A stretch of DNA of 62,064 nucleotides, counting the filler, from Dugesia japonica (taxonomy: Eukaryota), in the NCBI GenBank assembly GCA_001938525.1. It is 6 parts of 6 records of this genome, joined end to end, with 100 filler letters (N's around TTAATTAATTAA, not from the genome) between each part and the next. Parts side by side here need not be neighbours in the genome. Positions count along the whole stretch, not along the records: positions 1 to 10,415 come from MQRL01589592.1; positions 10,516 to 23,112 come from MQRL01624214.1; 4 more parts are not named here. The stretch is one strand, 5' to 3'. A program made the translations under genes and the position numbers. This document shows positions 1 through 11,065 of this stretch, one piece after another (the first letter of the stretch is position 1; each line of letters opens with the position of its first letter). The notes under the pieces were generated by a model that was not told where the DNA came from, searched no databases, and was given only the letters and a program-made list of their open reading frames with translations.

Positions 1-53
<53 letters not shown>

Positions 54-70
54 TTAATAATAATAATAAT
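1..70. repeat. (TAA)n microsatellite
   Basis: Direct TAA run, degenerating to about position 150. Confidence 0.95.
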
Positions 71-1585
71 ACTGGTAATAATAGTGATAGTAATAATGAT
101 AATAGTGGTGGTAGTAATATATTAGTAATAATAATAGTAACGATAATGAGGATAATATTCTTAAATACGGGTAGAAATACTATTAATTGAGACCATAAGG
201 TTGATAATAATCGTGTACTAATTATAATAAGAATGGCACTACTAATTAATGTCAAGGGTGATAGTAGCCAATAGGAATATTAGTAAAAATAACTAAAAAT
301 AATAATAATAATAATAATATTAATGAAATAAGTTAAGAAAACATTTTACAAATGTTGAAATTGAAACTAATAAAATTTACAAATGATATAACCTACTATT
401 GTCTGATAACTGCGGCTGGTTCAATAAAAATTCTTCGATGGAATTAAGATTTGCTAGAAGTTTCAGGATATAATTGACCTCGACTTAGCTTTGAACGATT
501 GAAAATATCGCAAAGAATGAATGATTTGTCTTTATTACAATCTGCTTTATATAAGGTTTGATTGAACAGATTAGGCGGCTGTTGTGAATACCCGATAGAT
601 AATAGCCAGAGAGTTTCAAAATGTTGGGGTCAAAATCGTTTTTCCAAAGGACAATTGCTGCAAATGGCTTGGGACTATCTTCGTTCTTCTGTTGCTCGTA
701 TTCGGAAAACCGTTGTCTATAATTACCGCTAAAATTTCTGAATTTAATTGTTTGATGTTTTTGTTGAGAAGAATACGGCAATCCAATCGAGTAATTGAAG
801 TAATTATCAAAAAGGATTGGCTTCAAATTCGCCAATTGCCGCAATTATTTGAGAAATTGAAGTTTCTAGTCGACTAAATGTCGTAATTATTGAAAATTTG
901 GATTGAGTGTAATTATGGCTAGTTGATTCAATGAAATAGTTGAGATGGTTTTTTCTTTTTAGGAAATTTAAATATATCGCACAAATGTTTTTCTCAAAAT
1001 TAAAGGATAAATTTGTATAACGTTGCAGCCCCTTTTATAACTTTACTTCAGTCTTGATCAATTACCGATTGATGGATTAATGTGATTTAATTAGGTCATT
1101 TTTTGATATTTTGATTCTAGAATTTTTGAATTTATTTCTTTTTCCGATTAATTTCCCTTCATTTTCTAAAATATAATTGGTAATTTAAATTTTCCTTCTT
1201 TATCCGGAACATTTTGAGGGTTTTTGTTAGAAACTTGTAGAAATTTCCTTAATACTAACTTGATGTATTAAATAATAAATTATATTTTTTCGGTAACTTT
1301 TATTCATTAATCGGTTTCTCTTAGTTATTGATGATGATAAACGTAGGATGAGTAATCCAAATAGATTATACCGGAGCCCGTTCAGATTCGGCCCCTGATA
1401 CGATGTGAATAAATTTCCTTATGTTGGGATTTGGATTGAATTGCATTGATTTGAATTAACTTGGATCTTGAACGCAGTTATCAGATAAAAATAATAAAAA
1501 TGTACACTATTATTATTATAACTAGACATAAAGATTTCATAAATACAAGATAACTTAATGTTACATAGTTTTTTCAACGAAACTT

Positions 1586-2155
1586 TCAGACGAATGTTTC
1601 TTCATAGCCTAGATAGTAGCTACATAGGTCGACTGGGATTTGACAAATGGGTGGATTGGATTGATGCTGTTGGAGGAAGGCTTGATGGGTACTATCATGC
1701 AAATATTCTAAGTAACGTATTTCTTCTTTCTCTTCTAACTTCCTCTCGAATTCAGATTGTAGCTCTGTTCCTTTTTAAGTAAGCTCCTTCACTTCTGCTC
1801 GTAGTCTTTCGATATCCTTTTTTTTCTTTTCATCCCATTCTTTTGCAACTCGTAACTCCCTATTGCTTACGATATATTTCCTCAGATTTTTGGTTGCTCG
1901 TTGCATAATTTGCTGGGCCAATCTGGCATCCAATCTATCATTTTCTTTATTTGCTGCTATCAGCCTACTTTGTAGGTTCATTTCAGACCACATTTCTGAT
2001 ATTTGATGTTTCGCATTGGTTAATTTATCTGCATTTGATTTTAATCTGCTTAGTTTTCTATGAGCCGCCTTTAGCTTGGTTTAGTCTTCCACATTATCCT
2101 TTCTCTTGTCGGTAGTCACAACTTTGTTTTTATTGTAACCCCTGAGTAAAGACAT
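1586..2155 (-). pseudogene. Decayed 190-codon coiled-coil ORF of unknown family
   Basis: CAG|ATG at 2158-2153. One frame MSLLRGYNKNK...MWSEMNLQSRL...KGTELQSEFERKLEEKEE...EETFV* with two in-frame TAA (2083-2081, 1777-1775). Charged heptad-like composition. Confidence 0.55.
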
Positions 2156-4049
2156 CTGTTTACTAAACGATGAAAAGACAGAAATTAATCATAGTCCTAT
2201 CATTGCATATTTCTTTAGTACACTCTTGGGCCTTTTAATTTTCCTAGTGATCTCAATCATTTTCACATTCAAACATTCAGTTTATCCCATTTATACGTTA
2301 GATCATTATCTCTTTCATACAATTTTCTGCTATTTTTGCATTAGTGGGTTGTCAAATCAGCACTTATTTGATTTCATTCATAAGATTTCTTTTTAGTTCA
2401 GATTTCTTTTACAATCAGGTTTCATTTACTTTTAGTTATCAAATTGGATTCATTTTTTTATTTCATTGAAAGTTATTTTACTCATATATTTTATTTTATT
2501 ATATATTTTTTTGTTTGTTTCGTGCACTCCGACTTCAAATCATTAGAAGTAAGATTGATCATATTAGGTTGAGAGTTATTTTATTCATTTATCATTTTTA
2601 TGGCATTATCTTTTTTATCTGTACGTCTTAACTCCAAAATAAAACATAATTATATTTCATCGTATTACTTTAATCATATTTAAGATTACTTAGTCCAAAA
2701 AAATAAAATAAAAAGATTTAAAATTACTTCTTCCCTGTTTTGAGTTAGCTTATATCTCCGATAATGTTCAGATTTCTCCGATTCTCGAAATAATTTTTCC
2801 TTTTACCTGATTCTCGATATAATAATTATAATGATAATAATAATTTTGGGGTGAAACACCTGGTACGAAAAATAAAAACGGCGGTAGGTAAAGCCGAAAG
2901 TGAAAAGATAGTCACCAAATGGGGAAAGAAGGAATCCAGACAAACAAAAGTCACAATTCATGGAAGGAGAGAATAATTTAAAAAAAAAACTAAGGTTGGT
3001 TACAGCAAGAAACAACTCAGAAATAAGAAAGCCAAAAGGAAGAAAAGAAGTAATAGAAGCTATCAGCCAGATAAAGAAAATAATGAATAACAATTAGTTC
3101 ATTAGGCAAAACTAAGAAAACCATATTGAACAAAAATTGGAGAAAGAGAAAATTAATTAAAGGAATTAATTAATGAAAGAAAAACGAAATTAAGTTTAGA
3201 TCAGAAAAACAAAGAAATGAACATATAATTAAATTTATGAAGAAAATAAAATAATTTATTTAATAAAATAAATCATATGAATAAATCATATTTGTCAAAA
3301 ACAAGAAAAATGAAAGTTTCCGCTTGAGTTAAAATTGGCAGTTAAGAAAATTATGGATAAGAAAAAATCGGNNNNNNNNNNNNNNNNNNNNNNNNNNNNN
3401 NNNNNNNNNNNNNNNNNNNNNNNNNNNNNNNNNNNNNNNNNNNNNNNNNNNNNNNNNNNNNNNNNNNNNNNNNNNNNNNNNNNNNNNNNNNNNNNNNNNN
3501 NNNNNNNNNNNNNNNNNNNNNNNNNNNNNNNNNNNNNNNNNNNNNNNNNNNNNNNNNNNNNNNNNNNNNNNNNNNNNNNNNNNNNNNNNNNNNNNNNNNN
3601 NNNNNNNNNNNNNNNNNNNNNNNNNNNNNNNNNNNNNNNNNNNNNNNNNNNNNNTACTCGTCAACAAATTTAATACTGGATCGCAATTTATCGCAAGAAG
3701 TAATGATTGGTTTTTAAAAAATGTGTTATCCAACAGTTTCCGACCTCAAACCTTATGGAAAATTCATAAAGGTTAAAAAACCAATAATGTTGGGGTTCCA
3801 CCTGAGCTGATGATGGAGAGAAAAACTGGCCGTGGAAAAAACGGCCCCATCAAGAATTTAGATCTAATGTCCCCAAATTATATATTCAGTGTAGAGCGGT
3901 TGACCTTCAACTTCATGTGAGGTTCACACTCGTACACCTATGGTTTGGGTCCGTAGTTATTTCCCTATCATTTTAAAGTATCAAAAAATAAACACAGATT
4001 GCTAATAAATTGTATTGTTTCTATACTACATTTCATCTAGAGCTCCCGG

Positions 4050-4385
4050 GTCTANCCACGGGGTGGCTCTTCGGGTATGAAATCGAATACTAAATGGTCA
4101 TCCTCATCGTTCCTGTTGAGACACGATTCATTGCCTAATTGGTGGGACAGTTCGGCAATATACCGTTTCAAAAATTCGACCTTGTGTTGCAGGAGTTGTT
4201 TTGCCTGCTCGGCTATGTCGTTCTGCTTTTGACTATTACATCTAATTTCTTAATCAGCTTATTCCTTTGAGCCAAGTGTTTTAAAAGAGCACTCTCGGTT
4301 TGAAGTTTGAGATATCTTTCCACAAGTAATCTTTGGATGATTCGATGGCAACGACTTAACCTACTTGGAAGTCTGATGCGGGACA
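4050..4385 (-). pseudogene. Small unknown ORF with one frameshift (cassette gene D)
   Basis: TTTCAG|TG TCC CGC gives SRIRLPSRLSRCHRIIQRLLVERYLKLQTESALLKHLAQRNKLIKKL, then a frameshift to KQNDIAEQAKQLLQHKVEFLKRYIAELSHQLG...FIPEEPPRG. Confidence 0.45.
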
Positions 4386-4550
4386 CTGAAACAATGGGAA
4401 TATTAAGGAAAAATTATCATTATATTAGGCCTAAGGATGAATATCCAATATTTATCATTATAACAAAAATAAAAGAAGATTAGTAAACAGAGATAACTCT
4501 CGATACATGAACGATATTTATTTANGAAGATGGGATATTACAACCATAAT

Positions 4551-4912
4551 TAGTGACGCGCCGTTTGGGTACCTTTATCAATCATGAGAGGCTCCAAAGG
4601 CATTTTTTCTTTAAGGAGTAAGATGTCATTGACCAGTATATATATATTCTCGGTCATGGTCGGACCGGATCATTTCTGCGAAGGATTCAACCTGCGACTT
4701 TCAAACTCTCTCTTGAGCGTGCGAAGCCTCAATTTCCTTTCGAATGTGGACACATTTGGCCCGGTACCGCTTCACTTTGGCATTAGCGGTAGCTATCTCT
4801 GACTCAAATTGCCGTTTGGCTAATCGGTACAATGCCCAAGACATCTCAATGTCTTCACTGGATTCCCTTACTTTCTTCTTAGGGGCTGGGGGTTTATTTA
4901 ACGATGAGTGCA
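4551..4912 (-). pseudogene. Small unknown ORF, EMSWxLYRL family (cassette gene C)
   Basis: TTCCAG|TG CAC start; HSSLNKPPAPKKKVRESSEDIEMSWALYRLAKRQFE...; in-frame TGA at 4703-4701; frameshift in an (AT)n run; ends MIDKGTQTARH*; AATAAA downstream. Paralogue at about 8556-8758. Confidence 0.55.
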
Positions 4913-5096
4913 CTGGAATAAAGATATTATGACTATTAAAATACCTTCAAACTAAAACATTAAAATCCTCAAAAATTTCAACTCTTATTTGATTATTTTT
5001 AATAATACCCGTCAACAACAGATTTAAAAAGTACGTAACTAAGTTAATTTTTACACAGAATTTATTATCATTAATAAAACAAGAGTCTATTTGAAA

Positions 5097-5516
5097 CTAT
5101 GGATTTTCGTTGAGTAGATAAGGCGCATTATTTTCCGCCGACCCACCAATTGCACTATTCCGCAAGTCCCAAAGAGTGTTGCTTATCTCTCCACTCAATC
5201 TCATGCGGGGTGGCACGTGTGCGGCCGATATAGGAATAAATTCAGGCCCGTCACGCCACACGGTCGTAACCTGCCTGGTTTTCGGATCGGAGACGGTGAC
5301 GCGGTGCAAAACTTCGTGGGTCCGGTCGAGACCTCTTCATTTGTAAAAGGCCTGGCGTTCGGACGCAGCCCATTCTCTTTTATTTTCCGCGTCGAAGGAA
5401 GTCATGTTGGAGTAATCGGTAAGGACCCCCGCATTACGATCATGAGGATTCCAATACCGTTTAAAAGTTACCCTATTGGTTCGACGATCGAATAGCGTTT
5501 CCCAATAATATTCCAT
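5097..5516 (-). pseudogene. 139-codon unknown ORF, RxxFxRxWNP family (cassette gene A)
   Basis: ORF-track entries 5337-5534 and 5097-5309 share a frame, split by one TGA at 5339-5337. ATG at 5516 lies one base after acceptor TTTGTAG. AATAAA downstream. GC well above flanks. Confidence 0.6.
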
Positions 5517-7708
5517 TCTACAAATAATAAACAAAATTTTTGGTTTAATTTACGGTATTTACTTGGCTTCCTAATAAATATAGCAATCAAAGTACATTTT
5601 CCTCCATTTAAAACAAAATCAATTATCTATTTAGTTTACCCCTTTCTGATTTAAAGTTCAGCTAGCGAAAACAAAAAAAAATCAGTGACGTGGCTTATTA
5701 TTGGGTTTATTCTATTTCGTCAATAACATTGTAATCAGCGCATAGTAGGAGGGTTATTTTATCTATCGAATTAGTTGAAAATTAAATCACTTGCAAGAAA
5801 TCAATTCATTGAAAAAAATTGTCTAATAGAAAATATTTTTTCATTTGGGTTCAAATGATGATAAACATTACTGATGATAGTATTACTATTAATAAATGTT
5901 AATAGGAATCATATGTGCTTAGGATGAGGCAAGGAACATTTCACTTGTTGTAATAGTAATATTTATCGTAATAACACTGCTACCGGTACTAATAAATACC
6001 CGATTGTTGTCGTCGTTAAGGTTGATAAAGAAAAATTCACTTTTATGAACAACGACGTTGGAATAAGCTAGTGATAATTGGTATAGAAGGGTGAACTGTA
6101 TTGTTAATTTGTTCGAAATTAATTACGATTATATATCTAGTTCCTGTTTTAATTTACCGCTCTTGAGTGTTGCTTAGTTACCCAAACACAACTTCTATCA
6201 CGTACAACCTGCTGCATACATATCGACAATAATGATGCGATAATGCAAGTGGGCAAGAGAATTAGCCATGTGTGTATCGGTGACAGCATTTTGATACATG
6301 TCTTATTAGTGTATGACAGTCTGAGTAACGCCGATTTTGCTTGATATTGATGCATACATTCATTTCAAGGTTTAATGCAACACGACAGTCGCTAAACAGA
6401 CGGTTAAGCATACCTATGAAAATTTTATCTCGAAGATTGTGTTATCAAATTTACGACCGGTTTCTATATTCAGTTATTCATGGATGTAAAGGCAGGTATG
6501 GCACGATTTCCTCATTTTGCCGTCGCAATAAAGCAGAAAATTGGGTATGCATTGATCAGAACCAGCATGTCCATTTGAGGCTGAGATTTTTAGGCTACTG
6601 AATAATAGGGTCGTAACAAAGATTTTAGCGCGTAATATTTATGAAAATAATGACACATTCACTTTGAACATTTATTAGTTAACATCTATGAAATTATTTC
6701 GATAAAAAAAAATTTCTTATTAGAAAAATTATAAACTCGTTGCTTACTAATAGATTGGGCTATGATTCTGGCAACGGGTTGAACACTGACAAATTGGCAT
6801 TTCAGAATTGAGAATAATGGATTGATTTTGATTTGGTTCTCCTTTTAAATATAGTAATTAATCACAAATAATTTTCTTTTTNAGTTTACTTTGGTCTCGT
6901 GCTCGGTTTCCAATAACGATAGTTTACTTCTTTTATTTCTTTCTTTAAACTGATAATATAGCGTAATATGTCTTTCACTCTCGTAATTAAATCGAAGAAA
7001 AATGGTTGTTTTATAGAATAATTTTTTATGGACTTATGTAGCATACCAAATGCAACTCGATATCATTGCTATTGGTTGTCTAATTTTAATTAAAATTTCT
7101 TCGATTCTATTGGTGTAGCCTTGGATTTTTACAAATTTTTGACTATTTTCCGTTTCGCCATTGGCGTCTATTTTTGGAGTGACATGTGATTGTCATTCCT
7201 TTGTTTTATTTTTATTTTCAGATCTCTTATTGGCCCAATCTTCAAATNCCTGTGGAAACTTTCTGGATGGTGGTAAGATTTTCTTTCATCCAATTCTTCT
7301 CTGATTTTCTTACCAGAGGTCGCTGTGATTATGCAGAGTAGAGGTAATCACCGAAAACCAATTTTCGACCAATTTCAATTTATTTTTCTTTTAAATTAAT
7401 TAATTTTTCTACAATTAATAATTATTTACTGACATTAATTTCTTCTGCCGTTTATTATTATTTTGATAATTCCCTTTAATTATTGGCCTTGGTGTGAGCT
7501 AACTTATTTCACCCAAGATCTTCATACTCATCTTCTTTTTCTTTTGGCCTTTTATCATGTATTTTAGCATATTCTGTCCATGATTGATTATTCGTAGTTG
7601 ATTATTATAATATGACTACTGTTCTTCATGAGTTTTCTTTGCTAGTAGCCTTCCGCTTATGATTTGGGCCCTTGGCATTGCTTTCTTTTTAATCGGGTGT
7701 TTCACCCC

Positions 7709-7763
<55 letters not shown>

Positions 7764-7813
7764 NNNNNNNNNNNNNNNNNNNNNNNNNNNNNNNNNNNNN
7801 NNNNNNNNNNNNN

Positions 7814-7866
<53 letters not shown>

Positions 7867-7870
7867 TTAA
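7709..7870. repeat. (TAA)n microsatellite spanning a gap
   Basis: Direct repeat either side of an N run. Confidence 0.95.
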
Positions 7871-8555
7871 TAATATTAAGGACAATATAATATGAGGGAG
7901 ATTAATATTAATCACGAGTAGCACTAATAATTGAAATTCTACTATGTATTAATAGTACGAAATTTACGTGTAATATTGGATCACACGTTGATGTAGGTAA
8001 TTCTGAGCGTTAATTAACAGACCAGCATCTAGATGAGCATGGTATAATTACCTAATTACTCCGTCGGCGTGTTGGGTGCGGAACTTTACTTAATAATAGT
8101 GCCGATAGAAACTGAAATCTCTTTTGATAGCTTTAACATTAACAACCATAGCACATATAAACCCAAGGTGGAATAATAATAATGTGGCTTGTTAACTTCC
8201 TGATTTTTTTCCCTGACGATTTCTGAGCGTTCTGAGCAAATTTATTTCCTTTTTTCAGATATTCTTCCTTATTAATTCCCTTTTGTCAGATTAATTAATT
8301 AATTTTCTTTATTAATCTCAATTTTTTTTTGATATTTTAAATAATTTAATTATAATTTATGATTTCTCTTAATTGTGGGGGCCTAACTGCTATCTTCCTT
8401 AATATCTTTTATTATTTTCTTGTTATTTTCTGTTTTTCTTTTATATTCTTCTTATTTCCTAATAATTTACTTCCCTTTTCTTGAATTAAATTTGTTATTA
8501 ATTGTTGACTGACCAGTTGCCGACGGGGCCACGTGATATTATTTCTTCACTTTGA

Positions 8556-8758
8556 TTATGATTTTTTCTTATAGCTTTTATACTTGGCCTTTTCTGTAGC
8601 ATTCTGAGTCTCCCAGTTTCTTTTTGAGAGCCGGTATAATTCCCAGGACATCTCCTGGTCATCACTATCTTTGGAAATTCATTGAGACGCTTACGTGTGA
8701 GATTTGAAGAAAATTTAGCTCGGTTGTTATTCATTGTCAATGATTTATTTATTTCATA
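8556..8758 (-). pseudogene. Paralogue of cassette gene C
   Basis: A frame not shown in the ORF track reads DSDDQEMSWELYRLSKRNWETQNATEKAKYKSYKKK, matching SSEDIEMSWALYRLAKRQFESEIATANAKVKRYRAK. Acceptor TTTCAG ends at 8759. Confidence 0.6.
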
Positions 8759-8908
8759 CTGAAATACTATTTAGAGTGAAATATTAGGTTAAAAATATTT
8801 CCATTTAAGCGACAATCATTAGGAGTGTTTAATTAAGACACAACTTCTAAATTAGGAATGACAGCTTTTTTTCTAATTGGTGCTCTTAGCCAGTAGTTAT
8901 ATTCATAC

Positions 8909-9078
8909 CTTTTTAAACGGTCTACACATCATTGGAAGACGCGGTTCTTGGGGGGAGGAAATTCTGGTGGTCCACCAGGATGCCAACGTCCCAGCGGAAC
9001 GGGTTCTATACCCTTTGAAAAACGATACGTCCATTCATGAGCGAGTAAAGAAACCATCTGTAATCTCGATTGATTTTG
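8909..9078 (-). pseudogene. Paralogue of cassette gene A
   Basis: KINRDYRWFLYSLMNGRIVFQRV*NPFRWDVGILVDHQN aligns with EYYWETLFDRRTNRVTFKRYWNPHDRNAGVLTDYSN. Acceptor TTTTAG ends at 9079, donor GTATGA at 8908. Confidence 0.55.
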
Positions 9079-10166
9079 CTAAAATTAACAATACGTGAGT
9101 CATAAAAATGATGAGAGTAGCCACATGATAATAAGCATAGCCATAATCACAACTTTAATGATGAAAATAAGAATTGTACGATATCAAAACGAAAATTAGA
9201 GCAGGAGTGGAAGTAATAGTATTAATAATAATAATGATGAATATGATGACAGTAATAATAATACTAATGGTCGCTATATTGATTTTAATAGTATTAATAA
9301 AAAATGAGTAATAATTATATCAATAATGACGACAAAGATGATACTAATAAGATTAATAAATAATAATATTGGTTATCAAAATAATGATAATAATAATAAT
9401 GATCTTAGTCAGGGGGAGGCTCTATATATAATGCCGCTTATGATGTTTATGAGAACACAAAATCAATCCAGTTCTCTGACCAACGAAGAGTCTAATAAAT
9501 ATTCATAATCGCAGTCATAAGCCGTCTAGTGGATTATTTAGTAATTTTAACCACAGTAGTCTCACATCCCCAGTAGGCATGCAAATAAACCTAATTTAAG
9601 TTAAAAAATATATTCGATTAAATTAAAATTAATGGTTTATAATAATTACTGTAAATGTGCAAAAGTGGTAAAACAAAGTCTCCTATTCTAACTTACTTCT
9701 GCTTTTATAGCAGATTCTGCTGCTTTTGTGTCCCTCTATTCCTCTCTGCGAGTGAATCGTTTTAAGATTTTCCATTTATGATTCACTCGTGGACTTTTGG
9801 AGCTTTCTTAATGGCTCTCCGAGCATCATCTTATTTAATTATTGCTTGGGTTTTCTACAATAATTTTAAAGGTCTCAGCCGGTTATTCAGCAGTCTTATT
9901 TATTTTCTGAGTCGACTGACTCTTGTAATTAACAAGTATATATGATTAATATTTTAATATTAATACTTATAGCTTGTAAATTTCATTCTTTATAATTCTT
10001 GTCAACTTTATACTTCGAATAATTCTTAAAATTTATACAAGGTTGAACAATTTTTTTAACTATTTTAACAATTTTTTAAGTGGAATTTTATGTATTTATT
10101 TTTTATAAAAACTTAAGGATAATAATTTTGATGAGATAATAAATGAAATGAAAAAATTGTATGATT

Positions 10167-10331
10167 TAATAAATATTTAGTCTGCGCAGCAGGCTTGATT
10201 AAACTTAATCTAGGAATAAGATGTAAGTGTGCCATCTCCAATATGATTTCACAATGGATATGGCACATTAACATCTAAATATTAATATTTGAGATTTAAC
10301 AAAGCCTGTCCACAGGCTAATTATTTATTAT
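10167..10331. repeat. About 165-bp imperfect palindrome (foldback/MITE-like)
   Basis: agatgtaagtgtgccatctcca pairs with tggatatggcacattaacatct; caggcttgattaaa with tttaacaaagcctg; outer arms also complementary. Confidence 0.75.
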
Positions 10332-10415
10332 AAAAGATAGCAAGAATGAATAAATTTGGTCAAACGAAAAAAAAATTAAATTCAAAAGAAATATTAAAAA
10401 AAGTTGATGCTAAAC

Positions 10416-10515
10416 NNNNNNNNNNNNNNNNNNNNNNNNNNNNNNNNNNNNNNNNNNNNTTAATTAATTAANNNNNNNNNNNNNNNNNNNNNNNNNNNNN
10501 NNNNNNNNNNNNNNN
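10416..10515. other. Assembly spacer N44-TTAATTAATTAA-N44 (12-mer also at 23157-23168, 34539-34550, 43155-43166, 52819-52830)
   Basis: Identical six-frame-stop 12-mer centred in 100-nt gaps five times. Confidence 0.95.
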
Positions 10516-10529
10516 AATAAAAAATGTCT

Positions 10530-11065
10530 AACAATATGAATTCTGATTTTCAAAATGAATCAACAATTGAAGATTTACCTAACAATGAAAATTTCCAAAA
10601 TTTAGAAAAGAATAATACAATTAGAAAATTTAATATTGGTGCAAAGATTTAATTTTTAAAAGAGTAAGTCCTCATAAAAATGAAAACAGATATAAATCAC
10701 CAGCAATAATTGTAGAGGAAATACACGATAGAAGTTTTTAATTAGAACTTATTAATGGTAAAACAATAAGAAATATTGAATGGCTAAAACACTTTAAAAG
10801 GATGGAATGTGAGATATGACTAAGAATATTATAATATTTGCATATTGACCTTTATATAAGTAAATTGACATGTGTATGTCATAATAGGTGAATGCGTGAT
10901 TGACTGTTAGAATGTGTGCATGATTTTAGTTCTCTGACATTAATACATAACTGGTTCCTCAAAAGCTATATATATATTTATATTTATATATTTATATTTG
11001 TAACAGCGTCATTTTGTGCTTTAAATATATATTTTATGCATAATACTATTCTCAAGTCTAACACC
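10530..11065 (+). mobile_element. Ty3/Gypsy 3' remnant: integrase C-terminus, polypurine tract, probable LTR
   Basis: RKFNIG...ENRYKSPAIIVEEIHDRSF*LELINGKTIRNIEWLKHFK, then aaaaggatggaa and TG-start at about 10808. Confidence 0.6.

Noticed and set aside
7616-7924. Poly-I/L/N ORFs and other X-rich ORFs (3329-3733, 19416-19718, 36043-36432, 48989-49303)
   Set aside because: Translations of microsatellites and N gaps.
1586-9080. Alternative genetic code, selenocysteine or readthrough to explain in-frame stops in the ORF array
   Set aside because: All three stop types and frameshifts occur, TAG replaces a Trp that is TGG in the paralogue, and host exons contain no internal stops. This fits GC-to-AT decay.
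10460-10471. Regularly recurring palindrome TTAATTAATTAA (5 copies, about 9-12 kb apart)
   Set aside because: Always centred in 100-nt N gaps; an artificial six-frame-stop contig linker.
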